Shown: positions 36,909-49,388 of the stretch, in pieces
How positions within the stretch are numbered: the first letter of the stretch is position 1
Layout of the letters: each line of letters opens with the position of its first letter
Assembly: GCA_051294375.1 (NCBI GenBank)
Contig: CM119267.1
Coordinates: 17,650,937-17,714,936 of the forward strand
Direction: 5' to 3'
Length of the DNA stretch: 64,000 nt
DNA from: Paraspadella gotoi
Lineage: Eukaryota; Animalia; Chaetognatha
Notes under the pieces: model-generated
The model's database searches: none
Told to the model about the DNA's origin: nothing
Seen by the model: the letters and a program-made list of their open reading frames with translations, nothing else
Made by a program: the position numbers and the translations under genes

Positions 36909-38953
36909 ATGGAAACACAACAACAACGGCGACTCTCGTTTCACCTTAACCTGGTGGACGAGGGCAGAAAAGCGAAGCAACGGATCCCCAACACTCAGCG
37001 ATCCTTACTTCCACCTTACCTGGTGGGTAAGGACAGAAGAAAGCAAGCCAGCAAGCTTATGGAACAAAACATGCTTGTCTTAAAGCTTGTTGCATCATCA
37101 CCACGGAGGCCGGAGATAAACCTTGTGCAAGCTTTGACTGCAACAAAGGCCCAACATGATGCGACTTTCCTACGACCCTCAACACTGCATCAAGGCGAAG
37201 CCAGTCCGCCTCAAAGATCCAGAAGGCGGAACTCATCTTCTTGCCTGAGGATCACAACACGACGGGAAAGGCTGGCGACATTACCATCACAGCAAAGGCA
37301 GCGTCTGCGGCTGGTGTCGATCCAGTACCGAATCTGGACGCAGTTGACCACCTTACTACAACAAGACAAAAATGCCTTACATGCACAAAGGCATCGAAGT
37401 GACACTAGAGATGCTCCATTAAAGACAACTAACAAACCATGGGGTGATGAATCCAATTTCATTACCCAAACTGAAGCTGGGCACTAACCTACACAAAGTC
37501 ACCGTCGGCTTCCGTGGACGCAGATGGTTATTGCACCGGTGAAAAATTTATTTTTCACCGACTACGTTTACGACGGAGAAACGTGGCAAAAATCGTGATA
37601 AATATCACATTATACGAACAAAAGATCGATGTCGCGGACACCGAAAATCTACACTGCAGCGACGCAGTGTAACAAAATTGCCATAGTTTGCAACTTACCC
37701 TGGCGGCATCCTGCTTGGGACGGAACCATCTTGTAGAGCAAGAAGAGCCTTCGCGGGGCCAATCAAAGCGCGCAGGAGGACGGCTTCAAATCCGTTCCCT
37801 GGGCCCCATGACAAGCAAAAGGCCCTCCAGAACTGCACTCAGAGGCGAGGCAACGCCCCCTGCAGCCGTAGCAAATGATAAACTTGGGATTTGGCCAATT
37901 GCTGGAGAGCTTGCTTACATGATTTCAAGTTTGGAAAAGACCAAACTGACAATTATGAAATGTGCCCCCATCTGTGACGCGGAGATGAATCTCCGTTCGC
38001 TCTTCGCCTCACAGGCGATAGTCAGCTCATGCCAGGATGCGGAATAAGAGCACAAAAGACGTCCTGCGCCGCATTTCTTCTTCACCACGGATGTCACCAC
38101 CCGACCTGCAAAGAGGACGAAAAGCTTATCCAAGCCATAAGCAAACGTTTCTCCGAACTTGGAAAAAGAATCATGAAGAATTTAGAAGCACTAACCCAAG
38201 TTCTTCCGGGTGAATTTGCAAATTAAAGGTCGACGAGGCCAGATCTATAGCAGCAAACAGCCCACGCCAACCCTTCCTCCGTTACGGTTCATGGAAAGAG
38301 GGACAATCGCCTTCTTAACGAGGGGAATTGCTACTCAGAGCAAAGTGTAGCCTCACCTTAGCCCACTTACGACAAACAGAAACTGTTTTAAGGACTTACC
38401 CATCAAATTTAAGAGGAAAGAGTTTATTCCGTCATTCGATTCACATCAACATCGTAAACACATCCCCGACACACGAGTTGCAACCGCCGCCTATTTATAG
38501 TGCAACAGGGACCTATAAAACAAAAACGGGAGAAATCATCAGTAATTATTCAAAAATAACATCAAACAGGCCAGACGAGAAACAAGATCCATCTACTGAG
38601 GGCAAATCTTTTCTAAAGATACAAGATTCCTCGAAAAACATCAACAAATTTACGACCGGGATTCAGGACTTCAAAGATAACCTGGAAAAATAACAAGCAT
38701 GGATCACTTACTCAACTTCAAAAAATCATCGGAAATTTGCCCAAACTGGACCGTGGTGCCCGACGTCACCAACTTGTTTACGCGCTTTCTCATTTGCATA
38801 TTGGTAATCATGCGATCACCGTAGTATCTTGCTGGCTTGCTGCCCAAAAAGACAACCTCGACAATGCAAAAAGAAACGGACGGACAAGTTTTTCAGACGT
38901 CCTCGAGACTCCCCTTGGCGAATGAGACTTTTCAACTTCACGCGGTTCAACTG
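36909..38953 (+). pseudogene. Envelope-like glycoprotein ORF (frameshifted) with C-terminal TM
   Basis: Cys-rich ORF downstream of integrase. Motifs across frames: VQA(F)DCNK (~37125), DITITAKAA.CG (~37280), DADGYCTGEKF (37517), IVINITLYEQKIDV (37592), CDAEMNLRSL, N-glycosylation sequons, and hydrophobic (ILVI)AITVVSCWLAA at about 38800 followed by a basic tail. Confidence 0.7.
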
Positions 38954-38986
38954 ACCTGCCGCGCGCTTCACGGAGGACAGGGGGGG

Positions 38987-39300
38987 GTCACATCGCAGGA
39001 GTATCAAGCCACCAAAATTCGAATCGGATCAAGGCGAAATGGAATCGCCGAAATCCTGATTGGTCAAGCACGAACGGAATCGACCAATCAGCTTGCAGAA
39101 TCAATTGAATTGTAAATTTTACCGCCACGTTGCCGGATCCTCTTCCAACGATATAAATAGATCTTAGCTTGTTCTATGTTTTCAGTAGAAATTGATCAGA
39201 ACTCCTGCGCGCGTCTCACCGTCACCTTTATTCTCAGAATAAAACCTCTTCCTTGATTTTCGTCATAGAAATCCATGAGTTTTCCGAGAGATTTAACTAC
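38987..39300 (+). repeat. 3' LTR of the Gypsy element
   Basis: Follows the polypurine tract ggaggacagggggggg. Contains ctgattgg and ccaatcag boxes, TATAAATA (39152) and AATAAA (39238). Terminal TG...CA is imperfect and no partner LTR lies in the window. Confidence 0.65.
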
Positions 39301-39309
39301 TCACTCTCT

Positions 39310-39411
<102 letters not shown>

Positions 39412-39683
39412 CNNNNNNNNNNNNNNNNNNNNNNNNNTCTCTATCGCAATGCGAAAGCAAAAAAAATGGAGACAATAAAAGGAAATGACTCTTTGGGATC
39501 AAAGGAGACAAATAAAACGGAAATGGGATGAAGGGAGAAAAAGAGAAAAAAAAAGAAAAAACAAAAAAGTTTCCAGTCAAGAAAAACTTCTTTGTTCTTT
39601 TTTTTCTTCTCTGGCATCAAAATCGATTGGACGTACTTTTTGTACTGGTCGTTATAAACGTTTTGTATCAAATTGTAAACGAG

Positions 39684-39769
<86 letters not shown>

Positions 39770-41269
39770 CAATCTCTCTCATACCCACTTCCTCTATTTT
39801 TTTTCGCACTGAACTAAATTAGTCGATTAGTTTTTATTTCCTTCGACGCGATAATCTTGGTTGTTGTTGTTGTGATTGTTGTTGTGATTGTCGTCGCAAA
39901 TAATGTCCGAAGCATTGATCGTTATCGTTGTCAGTTGTCGTAATGACTGTTGTTGATTGTCCTCGTTTCAAGACGATCTTTCTCATTATTTTTGTCACGG
40001 TAGTCTGTATTGATTAATTGGTTACTATTGATTTTTGTAATAATTTACGGTTTGGCTAATGTACATTTTTTATCGTTATTATTTGTTTTGAAAAAAAAAT
40101 TTCATTCAAATCCAAATCGCTCACGAGTTGAATTATATATCCACATTGTGCAAATGCGCAAATGTGCGACTCTTATCAGCTCCGTTTATCTTCCCACGGA
40201 ATCGGGGTCATTGTCCTCGGTAAGGATAGACACTATTAGACAGAGTAAATGTTAAATCTCCCACGGTTCGAAGATTCGCCTCACGTTCGCACGAACGAAA
40301 ACTTAATAATCTTCTCTCACACCCGGATGTGAACCCCCGTGGTTGTACGAACTAATGACGTCTTTTACAGAGTCGCCGCGTCAAGCAGCGGCTGCGCCGC
40401 CGCGCCAGACGACGTCGTCATTAAGGATTGATTCGTCCTTGTAGAACTTCCGGTCGGCGTCGACGAATCGAAGGACAAAGACGAGGGTGATTCTCTCGTT
40501 GGGAATTTGCGGCAAAAAGTCGGAATGACGATCTGGGTGAAAAATGAAAAATAATTGCACCGCGCACTCCTATAGTAAATTCCTGGAATGGGTTCATAGT
40601 GAACAGGTCCCTTTATTTTTCTAAGTGAAAACTTTCGCTAGTCGTATCATTTGATAATTATTTTTCGAAATTTTAAATTAAACTTCTTCTAAACCACGTG
40701 TATCAGGCACTGCAAATTGCAAATTGCAATTCGACAGTGCACTTGGTGAAAAAAAAACAACAAAAAAAAACAGCCGATTGCCGAATGGGTGGTAAACGTT
40801 GCAAAAAAAAAAAAATCCCCTTCTCTTTTCCTCATGAGATAAGGCCGGTTTTTTAGGCCGATTTCCGATACAGTATAATCTATCTTCCTTGCTCTTCTGT
40901 TTTACCTCACGAAAATTTACTTCGGGGCGAGGACGGGAGAGGGGGGGACCGCTCGCCCCTCTTACTCAGATAATAGAGTCTCAATAAAAAAAAAGGGAAA
41001 AAAAGGAGACAAAATAAACTACAACGAAAGAAACTCAATTAATCTTGATTTATCTTTTGTCGCTCGTCGGCGTAAAGTGACTGAGAAAACGTGACTGGGA
41101 AATAAAGAGAAAAGAGAATAATGGGATGGAATCCCGAGGCGGGAGTTACGAAAAAGACTGAGGTAAGAAAATTGATGTGGGGGAATATATGCCACTGTTA
41201 GAAGGTCCAATAAACCAATAAAAAAGTAACCATTGGCATTGATTTAATGAATAAGCTTTCTTGCTCCTG

Positions 41270-41435
41270 GCTTTGGACTGGCTGTGGTAGTTTAAGGCCT
41301 CCATCCATGTTACAAGATAATAGACCATGCAAGCTTTCAATCAAGACTCTCGCACAGTCTAGTTTGCTCACTCCGAGAGTACCTGGCTTCCTATCAATGA
41401 AATGGTATATTATTTCAAAGAAAGTTTCAATTGTA
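41270..41435 (-). mobile_element. Probable Penelope-like GIY-YIG endonuclease C-terminal remnant
   Basis: Minus strand reads HFID...CARVLIESLHGLLSCNMDGGLKLPQ, resembling the R-x-x-x-E-S/A...N-x-D-x-G-x-x-L end of PLE endonucleases. A second copy lies at 29310-29450. Confidence 0.5.
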
Positions 41436-41546
41436 TAAAATAACCACCATTTTATCTACTGGCTTATCTCTCTTACACTCGATTTTTAAAAAAATGGTTT
41501 CCGAATTGGAACCAAGCCGAATTTAGGGTTAACCGTGACTGAAGCA

Positions 41547-41672
41547 ATGATTGGGTGAACGAGAGGCTAAGGAAAAGCGATGATTGGCTGAACGATAGGC
41601 TAAGAAAAAGCGGTGATTGGCTGAACGAGAGGCTAAGAAAAAGCGGTGAATGTAAGTGTACGCGTATAAAGC
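41547..41672 (+). promoter_or_regulatory. 33-bp tandem repeat x3, each with an inverted CCAAT box, followed by TATAAA
   Basis: ATTGG at 41550, 41583 and 41616 (exact 33-bp spacing); TATAAA at 41665. Confidence 0.55.
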
Positions 41673-42360
41673 GGAATATTTGTCGCAGTTGATTTTACAA
41701 CCAGAGAAGCGTCTTCTTCCAATGACGACGACCGTAAAATTTTTTCTCGAAGTTTCTCGTTATTTTCGAGTCGTAAAACTGGAAAAGTGAAACGCGGGTG
41801 ACGGCGGAAAAAAAAAAACTTAGAGAAAAAACGGCAAGAGCGAAAAAAAAAAAAAAATCGGAAGAATTTCCGTCAGAAACTTTCAATTTGCGAGGAAAGG
41901 GAGTGACTTCGTGACTTTCGGCTGTGAGATTTCTATTTTGTTGTTGCGAAGGTCTTCTTTGTTTGTTGCTCACTTTGATCGTTGTTGTTATACATTGTCG
42001 TCGACGTCGTCGCCCTTCATTTTTCTTTACCGAGACTCGTCCATGGTTCAGCCACGCCCACTCGTCGCTCAGGGCGACGAAAAAGCGACGAAGATACTTT
42101 GGCGAAAAAGTTTCTATTTTTAGCCGCCCGATCGTAGNNNNNNNNNNGGGGGATTCGTAGAGGGGGGGGGCGACTTTTTCGGTCATAAAAGGCCATCAAA
42201 ATCCAAGCCTGGTTACGATGCGTGTAATGAAAATAAACAACCGGGACATCGTAAATAAATAAAAAAAAAGATTGAAAAAAAGATAGCGGGGGTCTGAGAG
42301 AAAGAGGGAGAAAATAGGAATTTCGCCTCAGTATGTGTTTGGGTGGATCCGGAATCGGGG

Positions 42361-42395
<35 letters not shown>

Positions 42396-42396
42396 A

Positions 42397-42450
<54 letters not shown>

Positions 42451-42529
42451 TGGGGTAAAAAAAATGGGAGGAGAGGGGTTGAGACAGAAAAAAAATAGAA
42501 AAATGTTTTTGAGATGAAGTAACAAAACG

Positions 42530-42662
42530 AAAAGAGAGGGAGTGATTAAAAGGAATAGAGAGGGAGTGATTAAAGGGATAGAGAGGGAGTGATTAAAAGG
42601 AATAGAGAGGGAGTGATTGAAATGAATTGAGAGGGAGTGATCGAAAGGAATAGAGAGGTAGT
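42530..42662. repeat. Minisatellite, ~24-bp unit aatagagagggagtgattaaaagg, about 5 copies
   Basis: Direct tandem copies. Confidence 0.85.
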
Positions 42663-43011
42663 GAGGCTCATGGAGGCGATGAATGTCTCTCAATTTCTCG
42701 TTTATCAAAATCGAATCGACTTTTATTCTCTTTGTTTCTCTTCTCGTGGATGGGGGACTCTGGGTGAAGGGTGCAAAGTGAAGAAGGTTGAAGGGTGCTA
42801 AGGGAAAAGGTGCAGGGTGCAGAGTACTAAAATGTGAAACGGGCAAGGGGCAAGGGGCAAGGTTCACATATAAGGGACAATGTGCACTGAGCAAAGTGAG
42901 CAGGGTTAAGAGTTGAATGAAACGATAACTTTGTTGGCGGCTTCCGATTTATTCGCCGGCATAAAAAAAGAAAATTCTGTGGTACTAAAACTGCAGATGT
43001 TATCGAATGAG

Positions 43012-43051
<40 letters not shown>

Positions 43052-44540
43052 TAGAAAGTTTGACAAAAGAATGTAATATTTAAAGCCTTTATTGACATAT
43101 TTTTTGATGACGTAACATTTTCCACACATAAAATTAATCTTCCTCACCTTCTGTGAGAGAAAAAAAACATCGCTTGAAAAAAAAAAACGAATTACTCGCA
43201 GTCGCGAGAGATGAACCTCCGTCGAGCGCAATGTTTTTTTTTTTCACCGGCAGCGTCGGCGGCGTCGGTAGCGGCGGCGGCGCTAAAAGAGACACTGCAG
43301 GCGATTCTCTCCGATTTATGGGCTTAAATAATTTTTTTTTCTCCGGCTTAACCGGCGACAGCGGCTTAATCGGAACGACGGTAGCGGCGCGGCGGAGCAG
43401 TGGCGCAGCAGCGGCAGGCGTGGCGTCAGCGTGGTCGGTGCAGTCTTTGGCGGGAATTTTGAGGGGGGGCGGCCGAAGTATCGACCCATTAGTACGGAGA
43501 GGATGATAAAAAAAAAAAATAAAAAATTGGCAAAGACTCATTTGGGAAAAGGCGTGAACCGCTCGAAAATAAAAAAAAAAGCGAAAAGAATGTTGTAGAA
43601 ATATTTTCATCGACCTTAGATCCGGCAGCGGCGGCTGATGGAAATGATGGAAATGACCAACAGCGGTGGGCTCGACGTCAATGACAACAACAACGACGGC
43701 GGGGAACTTTTTATCGGCGCAGCTCACTTCGAACGGATGGACGGTGAACGCGCCCTTCAACGCGGTTGCCGCTTCCTGTTTAGTGGAGAGAGGAGAGAGG
43801 GAGAGAGGGAGAGAGAAGAAGAAAGAAAGAAAAGAAAGAGAAGAAAGAAAGAAAGAAAGAAAGAAGAAAGAAAGAAAGAAAAGGAAAGAAAAGACAAGAA
43901 AAGAAAGAAAGAAACAAACAAACAAACAATACAAACAACACAAAACAACAAAACAAGACAAACAGTTGTCGATTGGCAGACATCTGGCCAGGTTTAGGTA
44001 GAAGATGGAACCGGCCATTTTCGAATGAAACCGCGAAAAGAATTATGGGGTGAGTCTTCGCCGCAGTCAATGTCCTGTCAGGGTCTCGACGCTCTCGCTC
44101 CATCCGAAGACACCGAAGGTCATTCTGACCTCGTCTTCCGTCGATACCTCGTAGCAAACGTCGACATTGCTCGTTCCACGCCTAATGCTTGGCAATGCTT
44201 GGCTATGACGTTTACGGTGGCTTCGTCGGATTCTTTCGTCCGCCTGCTCATCTACCGAACTCGAGGTCACTCCGCCCGCGTCAATCGGTGACGCTCTCAA
44301 GTGCGAGGTCATCTTAACCGCGCCCACCTTCTTCGCCTACGTTCCGAATCATTCTCTCTGGAGATGTTGACGCCCGCGTTTGGTAGTACTTCAGTCACCA
44401 TATATTTTTTCTGAGTTTTAAATCTAGATAATTCTTTAAACTGTCCATTTGGTTAAAAAAAAAAAAATTAGAACGTAGATACGAATTGTTTAATAAATAT
44501 CTTCATTGTGGTATAATCCTTTCTTTTCGTTGTGTAATAA

Positions 44541-44727
44541 TTATTAGAAAAGTTTGAAATGAATTTTCAACAACGATTTTATTTTTAATAAAAAACGGAC
44601 ATGTTTCGGCTTAACTACAAGCCTTCATCAGCAATGCTGATGAAGGCTTGTAGTTAAGCCGAAACATGTCCGTTTTTTATTAAAAATAAAATCGTTGTTG
44701 AAAATTCATTTCAAACTTTTCTAATAA
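44541..44727. repeat. Perfect 187-bp palindrome (93-bp arms, 1-nt spacer), Penelope-like inverted pLTR remnant
   Basis: Arms 44541-44633 and 44635-44727 are exact reverse complements. Confidence 0.95.
44633..44674 (+). ncRNA. Minimal type I hammerhead ribozyme (Penelope-type), mirrored on the minus strand at about 44598-44631
   Basis: aatg-CTGATGA-a-ggctt(gtagtt)aagcc-GAAAC-at-GTC-cgtt: conserved core boxes, 5-bp helix II, palindromic ACATGT helix III, GUC cleavage triplet and 4-bp helix I. Confidence 0.85.
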
Positions 44728-45698
44728 ATATCTTCATATAAACTTAGAATATACAGAATGTGCACATTATACACAACATTACACACAATATACACAATTA
44801 CAGATCTATCAATTATCGTCCTATTAATTAAAACTTGGGTTCATTTGAAAGCCAAGACAAAGATCCTTCATTCCAGCCCATGACGAGGCTTTTCGGCTAA
44901 ATATTATAGAACCAATGCTAAAATAAAAAAAAGGATCAAAATTTTGTCTTACAATTTATTTATTTATTTTTTTTTTTTTTTGTAACAAAATTTTTATCTC
45001 TAAATTAAAGACTGTAAGGGCCGCAAAAAAAAAACATAACCGTCTTTACTTTTCATCGTAGGACAAAACCCAGCGCACGCGCAATGATTAAAAAAGGCGT
45101 GGGGGAGACACTGTAAAGGCGACTCCGCGCCTAATGGAATAATGGAATCGGGGGCTCGAGGAGATAGAAACGAGACCGAGTCTAACGAGTCATCAGGAAA
45201 AACTTGAATGGACGGACGAGCGGAGTAATTCTGATGAAGCAGGGCGGCAGCGGGTGTTAAGGGATTCCCGATATGAAGAGCATTTTTGAAAAAAAAGTAT
45301 TAATGAATAAAAAAAAGAGAGAGAAATCCATCAGGCGTTCATTGCTCCCTTAATTACTGTCATTGTTGAGGCTTGGGGAAAATTGAAAATAAAAGAATCT
45401 TTGTATGGAATCCCACGATATATAACAAAAGGGGATACGGGGTAAAATAAATGCGGAGAGATTATCTATATCTTAAAATTTGTGATTGTTTTTTTAAATG
45501 CGATCAAAGATAACTGTTTTTTTTTAGTATTTTAGCATTTATTAATTTAAAAATAAAATTGTAAACAAAAAGTTTCTTTTTATTTCCTGTATTTTATTCC
45601 CTGTCGTTATTGAAAGAATTAAGAATTAAGGCGATCCAATTACAAAACCTGGAGGCCGAGGGAGAAGCTGAGAGTTTTTTCAGCTGTCGAATGAAGGT

Positions 45699-45753
<55 letters not shown>

Positions 45754-46633
45754 TGGTCGAAAAGAGTAAGTATTCAAATTTCCATTATTTATCATTTTCC
45801 AGCGGTGGGGAAAAACCCGCCCTGCCGACGAGGGAGGTTCGATGATGAAGCCGACGACGACGACAACGACGACGACAACGACAACGACAACAACAACGAC
45901 GACGACAACGACGCCGTTATACATATAAATCAATGAGGCCGACAAGGGCGCGACTGAGAATCGTACGCGAAGAAAACCAGATGATCCCTTCGCTTCTTCT
46001 CTTCGGCCTTTTACGATCGCGCGTCGACTTAATGCGCTGGAAAGAAAAACGAGGACGACGACGACCATAACGACGACGACGACGACCATAACGACGACGA
46101 CGACGACCATAACGACGACGACCGACTCCACGACAACTACAAGAACAAGAAGCCAACAAATGGGCCAACGACAACGAGGACGACATCAACGTTGGAGTCA
46201 GATCGTTCGGCGAAAAATTTATGGAGACGCCAGAAAAGAACTGGAAGGAATCGACTGACCTCCTTCCACACTTCTTCTTTTTTTTTCGCGTTGGGGGCAG
46301 CTGCTGGATTTTGAAAATAGCCCGCCTTGATTTACTAGATTTGTTTTATATAAAAAAGATGTGAATATATTCGTTTGATAAAATTTGTGAAAAAAAAATT
46401 ATTGTTCGTTTTAATGCTTGTCAAAAACGCTTACGAAATAAATTTTATATTTACCCAGATTTTGTCAAAATTTCGAGAAATCTTCGCCTTACTTTCCGCA
46501 AAGCGACGCTGCCGAAAGATTGGAGTGTACAAAGTATTTCCTCGTAAAGAATCTGCATGAGGATATCTGCATCAAATGGCGCAAAAAAAGGCTGCAAATT
46601 ATTCGACTGGAAGACATTGAGGCCGCAGGGGAC

Positions 46634-46908
46634 AAGAAGACCACCAACGACGACGAACGAACGAACGAACGAATGAACGAACGAACGAACGAACGAACGA
46701 ACGAACGAACGAACGAACGAACGAACGAACGGAACGAACGAACGAACAAAAAGAACGAATGACAGAACGAACGAACGAACGAAGAAAGAGGAATGAACGA
46801 ACGAACGAACGAACGAACGAACGAACGAACGAACGAACGAACGAAGAACGACGAACGAACGAACGAACGAACGAACGAACGAACGACGACACGAACGAAC
46901 GAACGAAC
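46634..46908. repeat. (GAAC)n tetranucleotide microsatellite
   Basis: Long interrupted acga/gaac array. Confidence 0.95.
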
Positions 46909-47399
46909 AATAACTATGACAACGGTTAAAAAAAGTGCATCTGCGAAGGAGGACGAGGACGTCTCGTCGCCATCTTACGAGCGGAGAGACGCTATCGTGG
47001 ATGTCGGTCGAGACGAGAAACAAAAAACAAATGACATCAGACGATGGAGACGAAAACGAGGCTGACATCGACACCGATATCGAAGACGAGAATGAGGCTG
47101 ACAACGACGATAAAAACCAAAGTGACGATGACGATAGAAAATTGGACGACAATAAAAACGGCAACAAAAATGACAACGACGCCCAGAAACTCGTTGAAAA
47201 CGATGATTACGACGATTATTACGACTGAAATGACGACAACGCAAACGATGACGATGACGAAAAAAATGACGACAGCGAAGACGACGAGGACAAAGACGAC
47301 GACGACGACGAAGCCGACGACGGTAACTCGGTTCTTCAAGTCTTCCCTCGTGAGTCACTAAACACAACAAAGAAAAAACTAATGATGGCCGCCGAGAGA

Positions 47400-47535
47400 C
47401 AAGGCCGGCGTGAGAGAGACCGGGCCGGTGTGAGAGACCGGGCCGGTGTGAGAGACAGGGCCGGTGTGAGAGACCGTGAGAGTCACAAGCCAGTGTAAAA
47501 GACAGGGCCGATCTAAGATAGGCCGGTGTGAGAAC
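47400..47535. repeat. 18-bp minisatellite ggccggtgtgagagaccg, 4-5 copies
   Basis: Direct tandem copies. Confidence 0.85.
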
Positions 47536-48264
47536 TGGCATGGTGTGGTGATTGGTTAAGGGTTGGTAAAATAGGCCCGGCGTCGCAGTGGGGCGGACGA
47601 GTTTTATGGGTTAGCGGCGCGGCGATGGGATGGAAGCGAAGGAGGCGAGATGAGGAGAGGCGAGATGCGGCCTCGTTTTGCCGGTCGAGTTGAGGGTGGA
47701 AACCGGAACCGGAACCGGAAACTTCTTTTTTTGTATTTTGGTTCATGGAACGAATTGTGAACGAAGTGATGGAACCGAATGAGAAGTCGGTAAACGTTCC
47801 AAATGAGAGATACATCGGAGTCGNNNNNNNNNNNNNNNNNNNNNNNNNNNNNNNNNNNNNNNNNNNNNNNNNNNNNNNNNNNNNNNNNNNNNNNNNNNNN
47901 NNNNNNNNNNNNNNNNNNNNNNNNNNNNNNNNNNNNNNNNNNNNNNNNNNNNNNNNNNNNNNNNNNNNNNNNNNNNNNNNNNNNNNNNNNNNNNNNNNNN
48001 NNNNNNNNNNNNNNNNNNNNNNNNNNNNNNNNNNNNNNNNNNNNNNNNNNNNNNNNNNNNNNNNNNNNNNNNNNNNNNNNNNNNNNNNNNNNNNNNNNNN
48101 NNNNNNNNNNNNNNNNNNNNNNNNNNNNNNNNNNNNNNNNNNNNNNNNNNNNNNNNNNNNNNNNNNNNNNNNNNNNNNNNNNNNNNNNNNNNNTAAACCA
48201 GTGAAGGTATGGTGAATTAAGCTGTTGGGACGCTGCTGCCTCACTCTTTCTCTCTTTCTTTCCT

Positions 48265-48324
<60 letters not shown>

Positions 48325-49344
48325 TTTTTCTTTCTTTCTTTCTTTCTTTCTTTCTTTTTTTCTTTCCAGTCAATATTTAATTTTTTTTTTCGCTCGAGCC
48401 CACATACTTCCTTCCTCCTTCAATCCCTACTTCCCGCTGCCCTTTTTTTTTCTCCTTTGTAATCGCATCTATCGAGCGGAAGAGGGCGGCTCTCGGCCAA
48501 AAGGTCGCGAAACAAATAAATGAACAATGCGAAGGCTAATAGGAGAGGTCCGTGGCGAGAATGCCAATCGCGGCGACGGCGTCAGCGACCTCGACGACGC
48601 TATTGTTATTTGATACCCGGTGACGGCGAAAAAAACAAAAAAACAACCGACTACGAAATCGGACCAAAAAAAACCCAAAATTTAGTAGTGAGAGAAAACT
48701 CGATTTAGCGATTCTCGGTTGTTTTTTTTTTCGGTTGGAAACATATAATAATATTAAAGAAAGGGAGAACAGAAGATTCAAAGAAAGATTGAAAGATTTT
48801 AGCTAATAACAAGCATTGCTGACAGGGACAGTTGCTCGAAAAATTCCTGTACCGGTCGCTCAATAGCTGAGATGTTTATAAAAGAGGTTCGACCCAATAG
48901 TTTGTTCCAATTGACAAAGAACCCCGGCTGGGAAGAAATCTTTCCAATGTTAACGTCCGATACAGATTGTTCCTTCGAACGTTCGCCGCAGACCAAGCGC
49001 CAAACCGCGACCATAAAAACACTTTCACTGCGTTTCTTTTTTTTNNNNNNNNNNNNNNNNNNNNNNNNNNNNNNNNNNNNNNNNNNNNNNNNNNNNNNNN
49101 NNNNCCTTCCTTCCCTCTTCTTTTTTTTTCTCCAATCCAAACTTGCCCCTTAACTTTGAGAGATGACCTAAAGGAAAAATAACTCGGGTCGCGGGTCGCG
49201 CGTCTTTCTTCTTCTCTGTTTTTCTCGCGACTTCAGACTCCGGCTCTGGTTATTGTAAAAATTTTTTTTTTTCCTCGTCGTTGTCAACCGTATACTTCTT
49301 CCTTGTTTTTTCTCTCTTCTCCGGCCTTGTTTGTTTGTTTTGTA

Positions 49345-49388
<44 letters not shown>

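Larger units (their letters stand above)
34790..39300 (+). mobile_element. 5'-truncated Ty3/Gypsy LTR retrotransposon: integrase, env-like ORF, PPT and 3' LTR
   Basis: Abrupt compositional change after a (GTT)n tract. Integrase motifs, a second ORF from 36909, PPT at 38972-38987 and an LTR-like block follow in the expected order. No gag, RT or 5' LTR is seen. Confidence 0.85.

Noticed and set aside
43960-44390. GC-balanced coding-like block
   Set aside because: Stops occur in the frames I read and I recognised no motif.
41547-47535. Short tandem arrays (33-, 24- and 18-bp units) considered as CRISPR-like
   Set aside because: No unique spacers and no cas genes, in a eukaryotic context; these are ordinary minisatellites.
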